Positions 39,964 through 51,766 of a stretch of DNA of 64,000 bases are shown in pieces. Origin of the DNA: Malacoraja senta (Eukaryota). The notes beneath the pieces were generated by a model that was given only the letters and a program-made list of their open reading frames with translations, searched no databases and had not been told where the DNA came from. The DNA is taken from the NCBI GenBank assembly GCA_038087875.1, contig CM075990.1:8186001-8250000 (forward strand), in the 5' to 3' direction. Each line of letters begins with the position of its first letter. The stretch's first letter is position 1. Position numbers and translations under genes: made by a program.

Positions 39964-41676
39964 GCTTGTTAACTGCTTTGATGCTTTATTGATGTAAGGA
40001 CATTTTACTAATCCAACGTGTTTTTGGGGTTTACTTTAACTTTCATGGGTACTCATAAATGGGTAAGAAATATACCATTCCTACCTTATTTATGTACCTT
40101 ATTTCTTATAATAGGAAATATTAATTATTTCTTATATGATCTATTTAAAAATAATTGTCTGTAAGTCAACTAAAGATAAAGTTGACTGGGTAATCTGGGT
40201 TCCACTGACTCATTTGGTCTGGACAGTAACTAGATGATAGATTAATGTTACAAGACTAATATATTGTAGTTAGTGCATGTGAGACTGGTAAGTGCCATTA
40301 TCTTTTTATTCAAAATTGAGTCCACTCACAGTTTGAATGTCACTCAGATAAGAATGGTTTAAGACCAAAATGATGTTATATTGGAGGAGTATCTAAGAGT
40401 GAAAACCAGTAAGTTTCATGATTTCATGTGAAGTATTTTGCTGGAGGTTCCATGTTTTTTTTTACCCAGGATCTAATTCCCAGGAGCTGCAAACTAAGGG
40501 ATATACATTTGGAAGAAGCTTGGTTATTGATAAGGATTGTAGGTTTTCTAGATTCCGTTCTATCAAAAAGTACCTGTGGTGTGATATCCTGAGAGAACAA
40601 TAGGGCTAGAAATCCTAATGTGCTAAAGACGGATTCATGATACCAAAACATTTGCAAAGGACAAAAAATATCATGTTAACCGACGAGAATAAACTGACTT
40701 GCTAATTGCCATGCACGTGATACATATATGGGCTGCAATGGTGGCATTGGTAAGAATGCTCATGTTTTTACATATAGCAATGCAAAATATAACATCGTAA
40801 AGAACCACAATTCTTGGAAGTAAAGGACAATCTTCTGAGTTGAGAGAATTGGACACAAATGGCTTGGACACGATGAATTGCTTCACTGAACCCAGATATT
40901 GTGTCTCAGATCAGATACAGTCATGGCGTAGCACCAGCATCAGATGGTATATCCGAGTGGCTTGTTGGGGTCATCATATCGCTTCTGTGAATCTTCTTGT
41001 ATAATCAAGTTTAAGACATTGTAAAAAGTATCTCCTGGCTGGAATACTTATTGTTTAAAAAAAAATTAAAAACTTATTTAGATTTAATGCTAATTGAAAT
41101 ATTGGGGTATTCTTGTAAAGAACACTTTGCAGCCCCAAAGTTGTAGCTAATTCATGTTGGATGTTGGTTTTCAACTCCCCTGTGTTTGAGGCAGGAAGCA
41201 AAACCAACATGGAAAACTGTCCTCCATACCATCACTGGGAATCTGTCTATTGTGAACTCCACCATCTCTTTTGAGACTTCCAAGTTAGCATCCAAGGGGA
41301 TGGTGAAGTTAGCAAGAGACAGGTAGAGTTGAATAATGAATCATTTTATGCTTCAAACAGGATGAGCTATGTGGCTGCATTAGAAATCCATGATCATGTT
41401 TCAACAGGCTGCAAAACCTGGGCCAATTATTAGCTTCTAGGAGATCAGGATTGGATTCTCGGAAATTTCTCAGTGGCTTCTGTAGGGAGCCTGCTGAGAC
41501 TCAGTGTGGCACGGGAGGAGACATTAATTCACCATTCTTCTTTGGAAAATAAAATTCTCAAAATTCTCAAAAGTGAGTTGATCCAGCCAGAATATGATTA
41601 ACGGCCCATTCATCCAAAATGCTGCAAGACAAGGCTTTGTGAAGAAGCTGCAATCGTTTGACCTGAGGAAGGAATG

Positions 41677-41690
41677 GTAGCCATAGCAAC
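41677..41690. promoter_or_regulatory. RFX X-box motif match in a repeat-poor block
   Basis: GTAGCCATAGCAAC fits GTNRCC-N2-RGYAAC; motif match only. Confidence 0.3.
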
Positions 41691-42984
41691 TTAATAAAGG
41701 TAGTTACTCTTCTTCCTTCATTTGTTTTCGTGTGTCGTGAAAGGAATTGCACATCATTCTATTTGTGCTGCGGCAGAAATAAATTCTCATCTTGTAGAAG
41801 TGCTCTCTGTCATCTGGATAATGGTTGTGACTCGCTGTGTCAGTCAATTACCGGAATAGTGTGGGACAAGCTGGTGAGGTGCTATTCAGCATTACATCTT
41901 TAATAGCGCTGTCTGCAGTGCACGCCCAGTATTGTTCACCCACAGTGATCGGCCGATATTCCACGTCAGACAGCAATTCTGAATGCTGTGCAGGACCACA
42001 AGGGCTCGCATTGTTCCCCCACATTGAGACATGTTTGGTTTTCTATTCCTTGAAAACTGACTTCAATATCTTAATGCTCCGCAGTCCTCTTCAACGTTAA
42101 TGGCCCATCTGCCAAGCATTCAGGCTTTCAGAGCAGCGCGGATTTGAAAACCTTCATGCTTTTTAAGAAATTGATTGGTGTGAGATTTTGATAGAATTCT
42201 TTGCAATATCCTATCCAGCTATGAAAATTGCTTTCCAAGGCTGGAGATGAGTGGAAGATCAAATATAGACCATATTTGTATGTCTTTCAGAGGGATTCAT
42301 GGCTAATTGGGGGCAAAATTCTTGCTTTTTTGAGTCACAAACAACTTGGGAGCAATGACTCTCATTTAAAATGAAAGCTGGAGTCAGTTATATTGATTAT
42401 GAATCTACTGCTAACTTACCTTGTCCTCTCGTGCTGTTCAGAGAAAGAAATATATGAGTACTCCCCATTCTGCCCACACCTGATCTGGTCAATATGTGAC
42501 TTGGATCCAAGGTCTCAATTGACCACTGACATTGGTCAACAAGCCATTCAGTTGTATCAACATTTGTGAGGAAAGTCAAGAGTCTTTAGTTTTAGAGATA
42601 CAGCATGGAAATGCCTGCCCACTGAGTCTATGCCGACCAATAATCACCTCTACACACCAGTTTTATCCTACACACTAGGGACAATGAACAGATTTGCCTT
42701 CAAATCTTCACGTCTTTTAAATCTGGGAGGAAACCGGAGTACCCAGAGGCAACCAAAGCAGTCACGGGAAGAGCGTGCAACCTCCATACAGCCAACACCC
42801 ATAGTCAAGATGGAACGCAGGTCTCTGGTGCTGTCATATGTTAAGACAATGGAACAATTAAATATTTACTTGCAGCAGTTTAACTGGCCTATGTACACAG
42901 ATAATATATAACATTACAAACATAAAAAGTGCATTAATGTGCATTAAATTTAATTAAAAGTGCATTAATAACCTTATTTACTAA

Positions 42985-43370
42985 CCTTCGGATAGATGCA
43001 CAGAGTCTCTTGCCCAAAGAAGGGGAATCGAGGACCAGAGGACATAGGTTCATGGTGAAGGGGAAAAGATTTAATAGGAATCTGAGGGGTAACTTTTTCA
43101 CACAAAGGGTGGTGGATGAATGGAACAAGCTGCCAGAGGTAGTTGAGGCAGGGACTCTCCCAACGTTTAAGAAACAGTTAGACAGGTACATGGATGCTGT
43201 TATAACATGATAACAGTTAGACAGGTACATGGTACATGGATAGGACAGGTTTGGAGGGATATGGACCAAGCACAGGCAGGTGGGATTAGTGTAGCTGGGA
43301 CATGTTGGCCGGTGTGGGCAAGTTGGACCAAAGGGCCTGTTGCCACACTGTATCACTCTATGACTCTATC
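42985..43370 (+). mobile_element. CR1/HER1-like LINE 3' fragment
   Basis: GESRTRGHRFMVKGKRFNRNLRGNFFTQRVVDEWNKLP; internal 21-bp duplication at 43173-43193 and 43212-43232. Confidence 0.88.
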
Positions 43371-43873
43371 GATGACCATAATACTAGTGTAAATTCCCAA
43401 ATCCTTAATGCAATCATAAACAGTCAGGCAGGTGACTCACCACCTTCTCAATAGCATTGGGGAATATGGGCTCAAGGCTGTGTTTCACCAGTGATGCCCA
43501 CATCTTGTATGATCAATATTTCCTAATCAACATCTTAAAAATATTTGCTAAAGTCAAGAATTCATATAAACGCCAGAGCTGTGAATCCAGGGATACTGAG
43601 GAGGGTCAGAATGGAATGAACACCCAATGGGCCACTCGACCTACGGCTGTGATCAAATGTAACTTGGTCTCTTCACTGCACCAACACCTCAAAATAGTTA
43701 CTAGTTATAAAAAGAGAAATGCATGCTTATCTGGATAGTTTAAATCAATGAAAGATTGGAGCAATCCCTCTACCTCTACAAAGTAGTAGAGAATCCAAGT
43801 TATTCAAATGAATTCCAAATTTAACCAAGCACTGAGCTAATGTTATGCAAACCAAAGCAAGTTTTACAAGTTA

Positions 43874-43960
43874 TGGGGCTGTCCCACTTACCTGATTTTT
43901 TTCGGCGACTTGCCAGCACCCGTCATAGTCGCAGCAGGTTGCCGAAAATTTTCAACATGC
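43874..43960. mobile_element. Truncated MITE, one TIR only
   Basis: TTA then TGGGGCTGTCCCACTTA; ends at TTTTCAACATG. Confidence 0.65.
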
Positions 43961-43999
43961 CAACATGTCGAGACCCTGTCTATTCTTTCATGATATCTT

Positions 44000-44185
44000 T
44001 TTTTTTTTTTTTTTAAATTTTTATTTATTAGAAGTACATTACATCACAGCCACATACATTAATACTCGTCATTTATATCTTCTTACAATTAATGTACTCC
44101 CTTTATTTTTTTTTTTTACGCTAAAGAAAGAAAAGATTGAAAGAGAGAAGAAAGTGAAGGAAAAAGTGCAAGTGTAGAAACACTT
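44000..44185 (-). mobile_element. Short 3' UTR copy of the same L1-like family
   Basis: Matches about 36465-36630; poly(T) on the plus strand; 17-bp TSD TTCTTTCATGATATCTT (43983-43999, 44186-44202). Confidence 0.85.
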
Positions 44186-45372
44186 TTCTTTCATGATATC
44201 TTAGAGGGATCTGAGTCTTCTGATCCTTGAAAGGTGGAAGTTAGCACCAAGGTACAACAAGTTATCAGGAAAGCAAATGTATGTTGGTCTTTATGGAACA
44301 TAAAATGTGGAACATACAAGACGTATTCAAGCTCTTTGGCTCACGATGACTTAAATCGAAGATAAAGACAAAATGCTGGTGGAACTCAGCGGGACAGGCA
44401 GCATCTCTGGAGAGAAGGAACGGGTGCTGTTTTGGGTCGCCACCCTTCTTCAGCCTGAGTTACTCCAGCATTTTGTGTCTATCTTCGGATTAAACCAGCA
44501 TTTGGAGCCCCTTCCTACACATGATGCCAAGTTAATCTCTTCCATATCCGTGTACCTATCCAAAAGCCTCTTAAATGCCACTTTCTTACCCCATGCAGCT
44601 CGTTCCAGGCACCCACCACTCTCCATGTAAACGAAAACTTGCTCCAAACATCCCCCTCTGACCTAAAAGCTGTGGCCTCTAATCTTTTACATTTCCATTC
44701 TTGGGGAAAGAAGGCTCTGTCTGCCATATTGATGCCCCTCATACTTCTGTCAGGTCTGCCCTGAACCTCTGCATTCCAGAAAAAATTGCAAGGATTATGG
44801 AATATAATCGAAAGGAAAGTATAAAACTGTACATCGGTGAAACCCATGTCCTCCAAAGATGCTGTCTGTCCCATTGAGGTTAACCAGCACTTTATGTTCC
44901 AGGTGAAATACTACTTGTAGTTTTGGTTCCCTTGTTTTGTACTTGCTAGGAAGCTGTTCTGAGAAAGTCCACCAGATTAATTCTTGGACCAAGAATGATT
45001 GAAGTTAAGAATAAGAGGTGATCTTGTTGAAGTATAAATGACTCTGAAAGGAATTGACAGAGACAATGCTGATACATTTCTCCTGATGGGGACAGCTGAA
45101 TCAGAAGAATAGGTCACTGATTTTGCGATGGAGACGAGGAAAATAAAATCTCTTACCTGGCTGTAAATACTGGGACTCCCCTACTCCAGGGAGCTGTGGA
45201 ATCGGAGATGTTAAATATGTGCAAAGCAGCAAATATTTTTTTTTCTAAAAGGGGAATCCATGGTTATGAAGTTCATGCAGGAAAGTGAAACTTTCAGATG
45301 CCAAGGCTAGAACAACCATGGTCTTACTGAACGATGATATGACCTGCTCCTGTTCTTATTTATAAAAAAAAA

Positions 45373-45658
45373 GTTTAGTTTAGAGATACAGCAGGGAAAC
45401 AGGCCCTTCAGCCCACCGAGTCCGCGACAACCAGCGATCCCCGCACATTAACACTATCCAACACACGCTAGGGACAAATGACAATTTTACTGAAACTAGT
45501 TAACCTACAAACCTGTACTTCATTGGAATGTAGAAGGAAGCCGGAGATCTCGGAGAAAACCCACGCTGGTCACGGGGAGAACGTACAAACTCTGTACAGA
45601 CAAGAACCCGTGGACAGGATCGAACCCGAGTCTCTGGCGCTGGGCCACTGTGCCACCC
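45373..45658 (-). mobile_element. V-SINE
   Basis: Same consensus; another copy at about 50203-50483 (-). Confidence 0.88.
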
Positions 45659-46124
45659 GTACTCTTTTAAAGGCAGATATAAAATAACTTGTGACGCTGT
45701 TAGAAAAAGAAGGGGAAGCGTTTCAGTGTCCCCTGAATCTAAGATGGATTGTCTGGCCATCATTGATCCCATTAGGGAACATTGCCTTGTGAAAAATGGA
45801 CTCCACATTTTGTCTGTCACTTCAGTGACTCCACTGTAAAAATGTTCAATTTGCTGCAAAGTTCTATGATGTCCATAGGTCAATGAAGGATTTCTGCATA
45901 TGTGCAAATTCTCGCTCTTACAATGACCCAGTTAGTTTAGCTTTAGGTTTATTATTGTCGCCTGTTCCCAGGGACAGTGAAAAGCTTTGCTTCCCAAGCA
46001 GATCGGATAATACAATGCACAAATACAATAAAGTTCAACTCCAAATACTAGCGGTAAAAGGGAAGATGCAGAGTGCACTTCTTCAGGATAGTATGTGATC
46101 CTTTTGAAATAAGCTGTGAAATTG

Positions 46125-46200
46125 TCCCTTATCCAGGGTGAAGAAGCAAAGCAGCAACTTTTCCCTTATCCAGGGTGAAGAAGCAAGCAGCAACTTTTCC
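46125..46200. repeat. 37-bp direct tandem duplication
   Basis: TCCCTTATCCAGGGTGAAGAAGCAA(A)GCAGCAACTTT occurs twice. Confidence 0.9.
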
Positions 46201-46580
46201 TTTCATGTGTTTATAGCTTGAATATTGACGTAACAAATTTTTCTGTTCTTGCGATTGCATTAAATGGTTAAAATTATTTTTAGGAGTGTGAATGGTGAAG
46301 CACAACAGCCTCATTGTCACTGTGGGGTGAAATGAAACACTTGCTCCTCTGTTCATTGCTACTTCATTCATTCAAACTGATCATCACTGGATAAACTGTC
46401 AATTATTGCCAAAGGGATTGGTGGAGTGGACACATTAGTGCCAGGATGCACTGAGCACTGACCACTGACCCCCTGCCTTCTTGATCCGTTGTCCAGTTGA
46501 CACCTTTTGACCAGAAGTCTCTTGATGAGTTAGTGTGTGAGGCTCCAACTGCAAAGAGTCGGGGTATTATGGGGCAGATC

Positions 46581-46591
46581 CTCTGTCTCTG

Positions 46592-46679
<88 letters not shown>

Positions 46680-47030
46680 TCCCTCTCCCTCTCCCTCTCC
46701 CTCTCCCTCTCCCTCTCCCTCTCCCTCTCCCTCTCCCTCTCCCTCTCCCTCTCCCTCTCCCTCTCCCCCCCTCCCCCTCCCCCCCCTCTCCCTCTTCTCT
46801 CTCTGTCCCTCTCCCTCTCTCTCTCTCTGTCTCTGTCTCTCTTTCTCTCTCTCTGTTTCTGTCTCTCTGTCTTTGTCTCTCTGTCTCTGTTTCACTATCA
46901 CTCTGTCTCTGCCTCTGTCTCTCTGTTTCTGTCTCTCTGTCTCTGTCTCTCTGTCTCTGTTTCACCAGCTCTCTGTCTCTGTCTCAGTCTGTCTCTCTCT
47001 GTGACTGTCACGCTCTTTGTGTCTATGCTC
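46581..47030. repeat. Compound microsatellite (CTCTGT)n-(CT)n-(CCCTCT)n
   Basis: Directly visible in the sequence. Confidence 0.97.
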
Positions 47031-47445
47031 TACCGCTCTCTTTCATTTTACTCACTCACTCTCGCGCTCATTTGCTCCCTCGCACTCTTTCACTCTCCCT
47101 CGCTCCCTCAGCAGTTGTGGACATTGGCCATCTGGACCTGGGAGAATCCTCGGGCAATAATGTAGCCATCCATGCAGCCAATTTATAAAGATTTGTTTCA
47201 ATCTATTTAAACAGAATCCCAGTCCTCCTCATTATAGGAATCCTGGCACTTAACTATGCATCTGCATTGGCACCACCTCCTTCCTGATCAGTTCCTTGAG
47301 ATTGAGGATGCCCTGATTCTGCTCTGGGTCAGTGGGGAATGAGGTGACTGATGAGGGAACGGCAGACTCCTCACAGATGGGACAAGAGGGAGCTGATGGG
47401 CTCGGCAGATTGGAAGTGTGGATGGGGCACAGCTTCAGCTATTTA

Positions 47446-48402
47446 AGGGCCTGTCCCACTTGGGCGACCTAATCCGCGAGTTCTGGCGAGTTTCCCCTTG
47501 ACATACTCGCAGCATGGTCGACACGAGGTCGTAGGTAGGTCGTGATGCTAGTCGTAGGTACTCGTGGCATCAAGTAGGTCGGGGCATTTTTCTAGCCTGA
47601 TGAAAAATGTCCACGAGTAAAAAAGGTCGTGAAAGTGGGACAGGCCCTTTACTCTCCTTCATGCTCGAGAGTGGTCTCTGCGTACTCAAGGCCTCAGCTA
47701 GGCGCGGCGTTTTTTTCAATATGTTAAAAAAATGGCTGCGAGTAATAAAAGGTCGCCATGGAAAAAATCTATACTTTTTTTACTTGTAGGTTTAGTCATA
47801 GTAGGTCAACATGTAAAAGCGCTGTCCCACGGTACGAGTTAATTCCAAGTATCCCCTGATTCTAACTCGGAGATTTAAGGTAATGGCCGTTCGTCGGTAC
47901 TCGGGGCTCTCGTGGACATTTTTCAACATTTTGAAAAATCTTCATGAGTCTTCCCGAGCTTACCTGCCATTAGTGAGTCTTCCCGAGTACCTGCCGTTTG
48001 CGGTACGAGCCGCTAAGAGACGACCCCGAGCTCCGACGTACCCGCTACGTTCATTCTCCGTGCTTACCACGAGTTTGATTTTTTTTTTAACTCGGGAGAG
48101 CTCTTGAATGAACTTGCATCGTGGGACAGGGCCATTCAGTCGTAGGTAGTCGTAGATAGTCTTCATCATAGTCAAAGGGAGGTTGAAGGGAGGTCGAAGG
48201 AGATCGAAGGAGGTCGTCTTCACTCTCCACTATTCGGTGTCCAATTTTCCAGAGGTTAGTCGTAGCTAGTCAAAGCTGGTCTTCAACATAGTCAAAGAAG
48301 GTCGAAGGAGGTCCTCTACATAGTCGAAGGAGGTCTTCAACATGTCATTTTTTCAAACTCTTTTAAACTCGCCAATTAGGTCACACTAGTGGGGCAGCCC
48401 CT
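47446..48402. mobile_element. PIF/Harbinger-type MITE with two nested MITE pieces
   Basis: Outer TSD TTA (47443-47445, 48403-48405); extra TIR end at 47633-47648; nested element at 47817-48135. Confidence 0.85.
47817..48135. mobile_element. Nested MITE, same family as 52323 and 55129
   Basis: TIR CTGTCCCACGGTACGAGTT; interior is the reverse complement of 55129-55459. Confidence 0.85.
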
Positions 48403-49157
48403 TTACAGTGGGTTTCCAATGTATGGACTCAAGGCAGACACAAAATGCTGGAGTAACTCAGCGGGACAGGCAGCATCCCTGGATAGAAGTAATGGTTCTC
48501 AATACCATCCCGAATGCTGTTCAGCTCTGAGCAGTTGTAGGCCAATGCTTGCCAAGTGCCATCGAGGGAATGTTGTGCCTTTTCACGGAAACTTTGATCC
48601 TTTGAACATGCTCGAACCTTTTCCTCTCTCCACTCATTCCGGCATAGACTGTTTGGGAATTTTGAGGAATTGGTACATCTTTGAGATGCAAGAGGAAACC
48701 GGAGCCCCCGTAGAAAACCCACGCGATCACAGGGAGAATGTCCAAACTCCGCACAGACAGCATCCGCAGTCAGTGCTGGCTTCTTGGGAAACTGGTATTA
48801 TGCATGTGGACATGTCAACACCACTTGCCCCAGTGACTAAGCTAAGTTGTGCTCGGGGAGACCAAGTACAACAAAGCCAATGCAACCACCAACGTTTTCG
48901 TATGTTAATGGAGTGCCACTGGAGAAGCCCTTCCAGAAATGTTGCCCGAACGCTGTGCCTCAAGACCTTTCCCTGCCACACTCAAGCATATCCAAAACCT
49001 ACTTGCCTTGCATATGTTCTCAAGAATAAAAGGATATACCTTGAGCAAGGAGATGAGGAGGACGTTTTTTAATCAGAGGGAGGCCAAATCATTGGGTGCC
49101 AAGTCATTGGGTATTTTTTAAGCGGTGATTGATACGTTCTTGATGAATAAAGGTGTC

Positions 49158-49297
49158 TTCTTCTTCTTGCGTATGGCGTGCACAACCTCAAGTTGTAAGA
49201 CAACTTGTTCTGTTTGATCTTCTGTTTGTGCACGCCAGGTTGATTGCATTCGTTGAAACAGGGTGGACCACGTGAAGGTTGCAATCTCCCACCCCAC
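49158..49297 (-). mobile_element. Short non-autonomous non-LTR retroposon with 5' HDV-like ribozyme and (AAG)n tail, copy 1
   Basis: 10-bp TSD TAAAGGTGTC at 49148-49157 and 49298-49307; minus-strand 3' end CGCCATACGCAAGAAGAAGAA; interrupts a CR1 3' fragment; homologous copy at 58826-59063. Confidence 0.9.
49242..49295 (-). ncRNA. Predicted minimal HDV-like (CPEB3-type) self-cleaving ribozyme, 54 nt
   Basis: Minus strand GGGGTGG GA GATTGCA ACC TTCACGT GGT CCACCCT GTTTCAA CGAA TGCAATC. P1 is 7 bp with a G1.U wobble, P2 is 7 bp, P3 is 3 bp, L3 is UUCACGU, J4/2 is CGAA with the putative catalytic C at 49252, and P4 is vestigial. Confidence 0.85.
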
Positions 49298-51449
49298 TAA
49301 AGGTGTCAAAGGTTATGGAGAGAAGGTAGGAGAATGGGCTTGAGTGGGAAAGATAGATCAGCCAAGATTGAATGACTGAAGAGACTCAATGAGCTGAATG
49401 GCCTAATTCTGCTCATAATGAACTATGAACATAAGAGTTAGATGCCTTTCAAACAAAGGGCAGACCTGTAGGTCCATGGGAGGTAGCTATAGGCAACTGA
49501 TTTCTTTTGGGAATCATTAATATTTCTGCTCATTTTTTCAATTGCACTCCATAAAATGATATGTTGTTTGTTCAATGACAAGCTGTGTTGATTTGCAATG
49601 GGGCTGGTTACTTACCATCCTCAATAGGATGAGGACCGGCCTGAATCTTCTCACATCCTCTCCAAGGAATGGCACTGTAGCCATTGTACAGGTCAGTGCA
49701 GTTTGCATTTATACATCTAGGTAAGCTCATTTTTGTGGGTTGAAAATCATAAAAATATGTCAGAAGCTGGCAATCTGAAATAAGAAACAAAAATGGTGGA
49801 TAACCTGATCAGTGTAGGCTGCATCTGTGGAGAGAGGCACAGAGTTAAGATTTCTGATCCTAATTTTTGACCTGAAACATTAACTCTGCTTCATAGATGC
49901 TGCCTAACCTGTTGAGTATTTCCAGAATTGTTACTTTTCCCTCCAAACTGTTCCGCCTATTGTATTTATCCAGCGTGTGGCCACCCTACCTCTTGAAGTT
50001 GGCTGTTGTTTAATTGGAAATAGGTTTAAAACTTTAATGGAATTAATTCCAGTGAAATTCACAGATTGAATTTGCACTAGGATTTTTATTTCACAACCTC
50101 TGGTTAAAATGCTATTATTGTGCTATGTTTTCCACAGTGGTTGATATTAGGACACTAGCCTTGGATTTAACCCAGCGTCTTGTGGATAAATCTGTGTCAA
50201 GATTTTAGATTTGGAGAGACAGTATGGATACAGGCCCTTCAGTCCACGCTGACCATTGATCACCCTTACACTAGTTCAATTTACTACATGCTAGGGGTAA
50301 TTTGCAGAAGCCAATTAACCTACAACCATGTGCGTCTTTGAGATGTGGGAGGAAACCAGAGCACCCGGAGAAAACCCACATGGTCACAGGGAGAATGTAA
50401 ACACTCCGTACAGACAGCACCCATGGTCAGGATTGAACCAGGGTCTCTTGCAACAACTCTACTGCTGCGCTATTGTGCTGCCCTATGATGATATTGACTG
50501 AGATTAAAAGTAAAGAACGAAAGGCAAAGAGAGAGGCATTTTTCATGCAGAGAATTATTGGAACATAAGTGGCCATACCACAAAGGTTTAAAGCAGAGAT
50601 TATTACACTATTTAGAAGGGAAATATCGAGGTATGTGAAAAGGAGGTATACAGGATGCAGATAATGGGAAGAAGAGTTGAAATGCACCAAATTAAGTTTG
50701 TTGCAGGACTACAATGCGCTTTAGTGTGTATCCTTAATTTTGTGGTTAAATTAAAGTGCAGCTCCCTAAAGCTACACCATGAGCTATTCCATCATATGTA
50801 ATTTTCAGAATATTGAGGCTTTCTTCACGCCATGGTTTTATTGTTTGATTTAAGTGTTTTTCATCTCCTCCCTCCTATAAAGACCTTTCATGTCATAAGG
50901 TTATTAAGTAAAGCACAGAGAAAGAATTCAAGTGAGACCAAATGATCACAGACTGAGTTGTCAGATGTCATTTTATCAACTGATTCACTTTAATCACACA
51001 AAGTGCATCCCTTTCATTGCAAGCTGGAGGGAAATGAAATTACTATTGAGTTTATAGGAACCATCTTTTTCCACTTGTCTGATGGCCAGAGATGTGCATA
51101 ATTAAAGGAGTAAGTTACACAACTGATTTGTGCAGGATAACAGCAGCAACGGCGGAACGCGTAACTTCAAAAGGAACTTGGACTTCTTCAGAACGCTGAA
51201 GAGAGCCAGTCTGAAGAAGGATCTCAACCCGAAACGTCACCCAATCTTTTTCTCCAGAGATGCTGCCTGACCTGTTGAGTTACTCCAGCACTTTGCGTCT
51301 ATCTTCATTAGGATGAATCATATCAGGTTTTGAATACTTAACAGATGCCAATGGTACGAGTTAGCCAATGTTTTTTTTTTTTGCTGTACAGTAAGTTCTG
51401 CGTTCCTGCGATGTTCGTTGCAAATTTGATCCATTTATCTCATGAACTT

Positions 51450-51766
51450 GGCCGGCACGGTGGAGCAGCAGTGGAGTTGCTGCCTTACAGCGCTTGCAGC
51501 ACCGGAGTCCTGGGTTCGATCCCGACTATGGCTGATGTCTGTATGGAGTTTGTACGTTCCCCCCGTGACCACGTGGGTTTTCTCCAAGATCTTCGGTTTC
51601 CTCCCACACTCCAAAGACGTACAGGTTTGTAGGTTAATTGGCTTCGTGTATGTGTAAAAAAACTGTCCCTAGTGTGTGGGATAATGTCAATGTGTGGGGA
51701 CCGCTGGTTGGCACATACTCGATTGGCTGAAGGGCCTGTTTACGTTGTGTATCTCTAAACTAAACT
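51450..51766 (+). mobile_element. V-SINE, full length
   Basis: A and B boxes, V-domain, (TAAAC)n tail; further copies at about 53737-53996 (-), 55790-56003 (+) and 57113-57433 (+). Confidence 0.9.

Larger units (their letters stand above)
49010..49430 (+). mobile_element. CR1-like 3' fragment hosting the HDV-ribozyme element
   Basis: RIKGYTLSKEMRRTFFNQR; the sequence resumes collinearly after the TSD at 49298. Confidence 0.8.

Noticed and set aside
46497..47165. 222-aa LSLSLS ORF and overlapping ORFs
   Set aside because: Microsatellite artefact.
48389..49072. 227-aa ORF
   Set aside because: Runs through a MITE end, a PLE repeat, a V-SINE piece and a CR1 fragment; no coherent protein.
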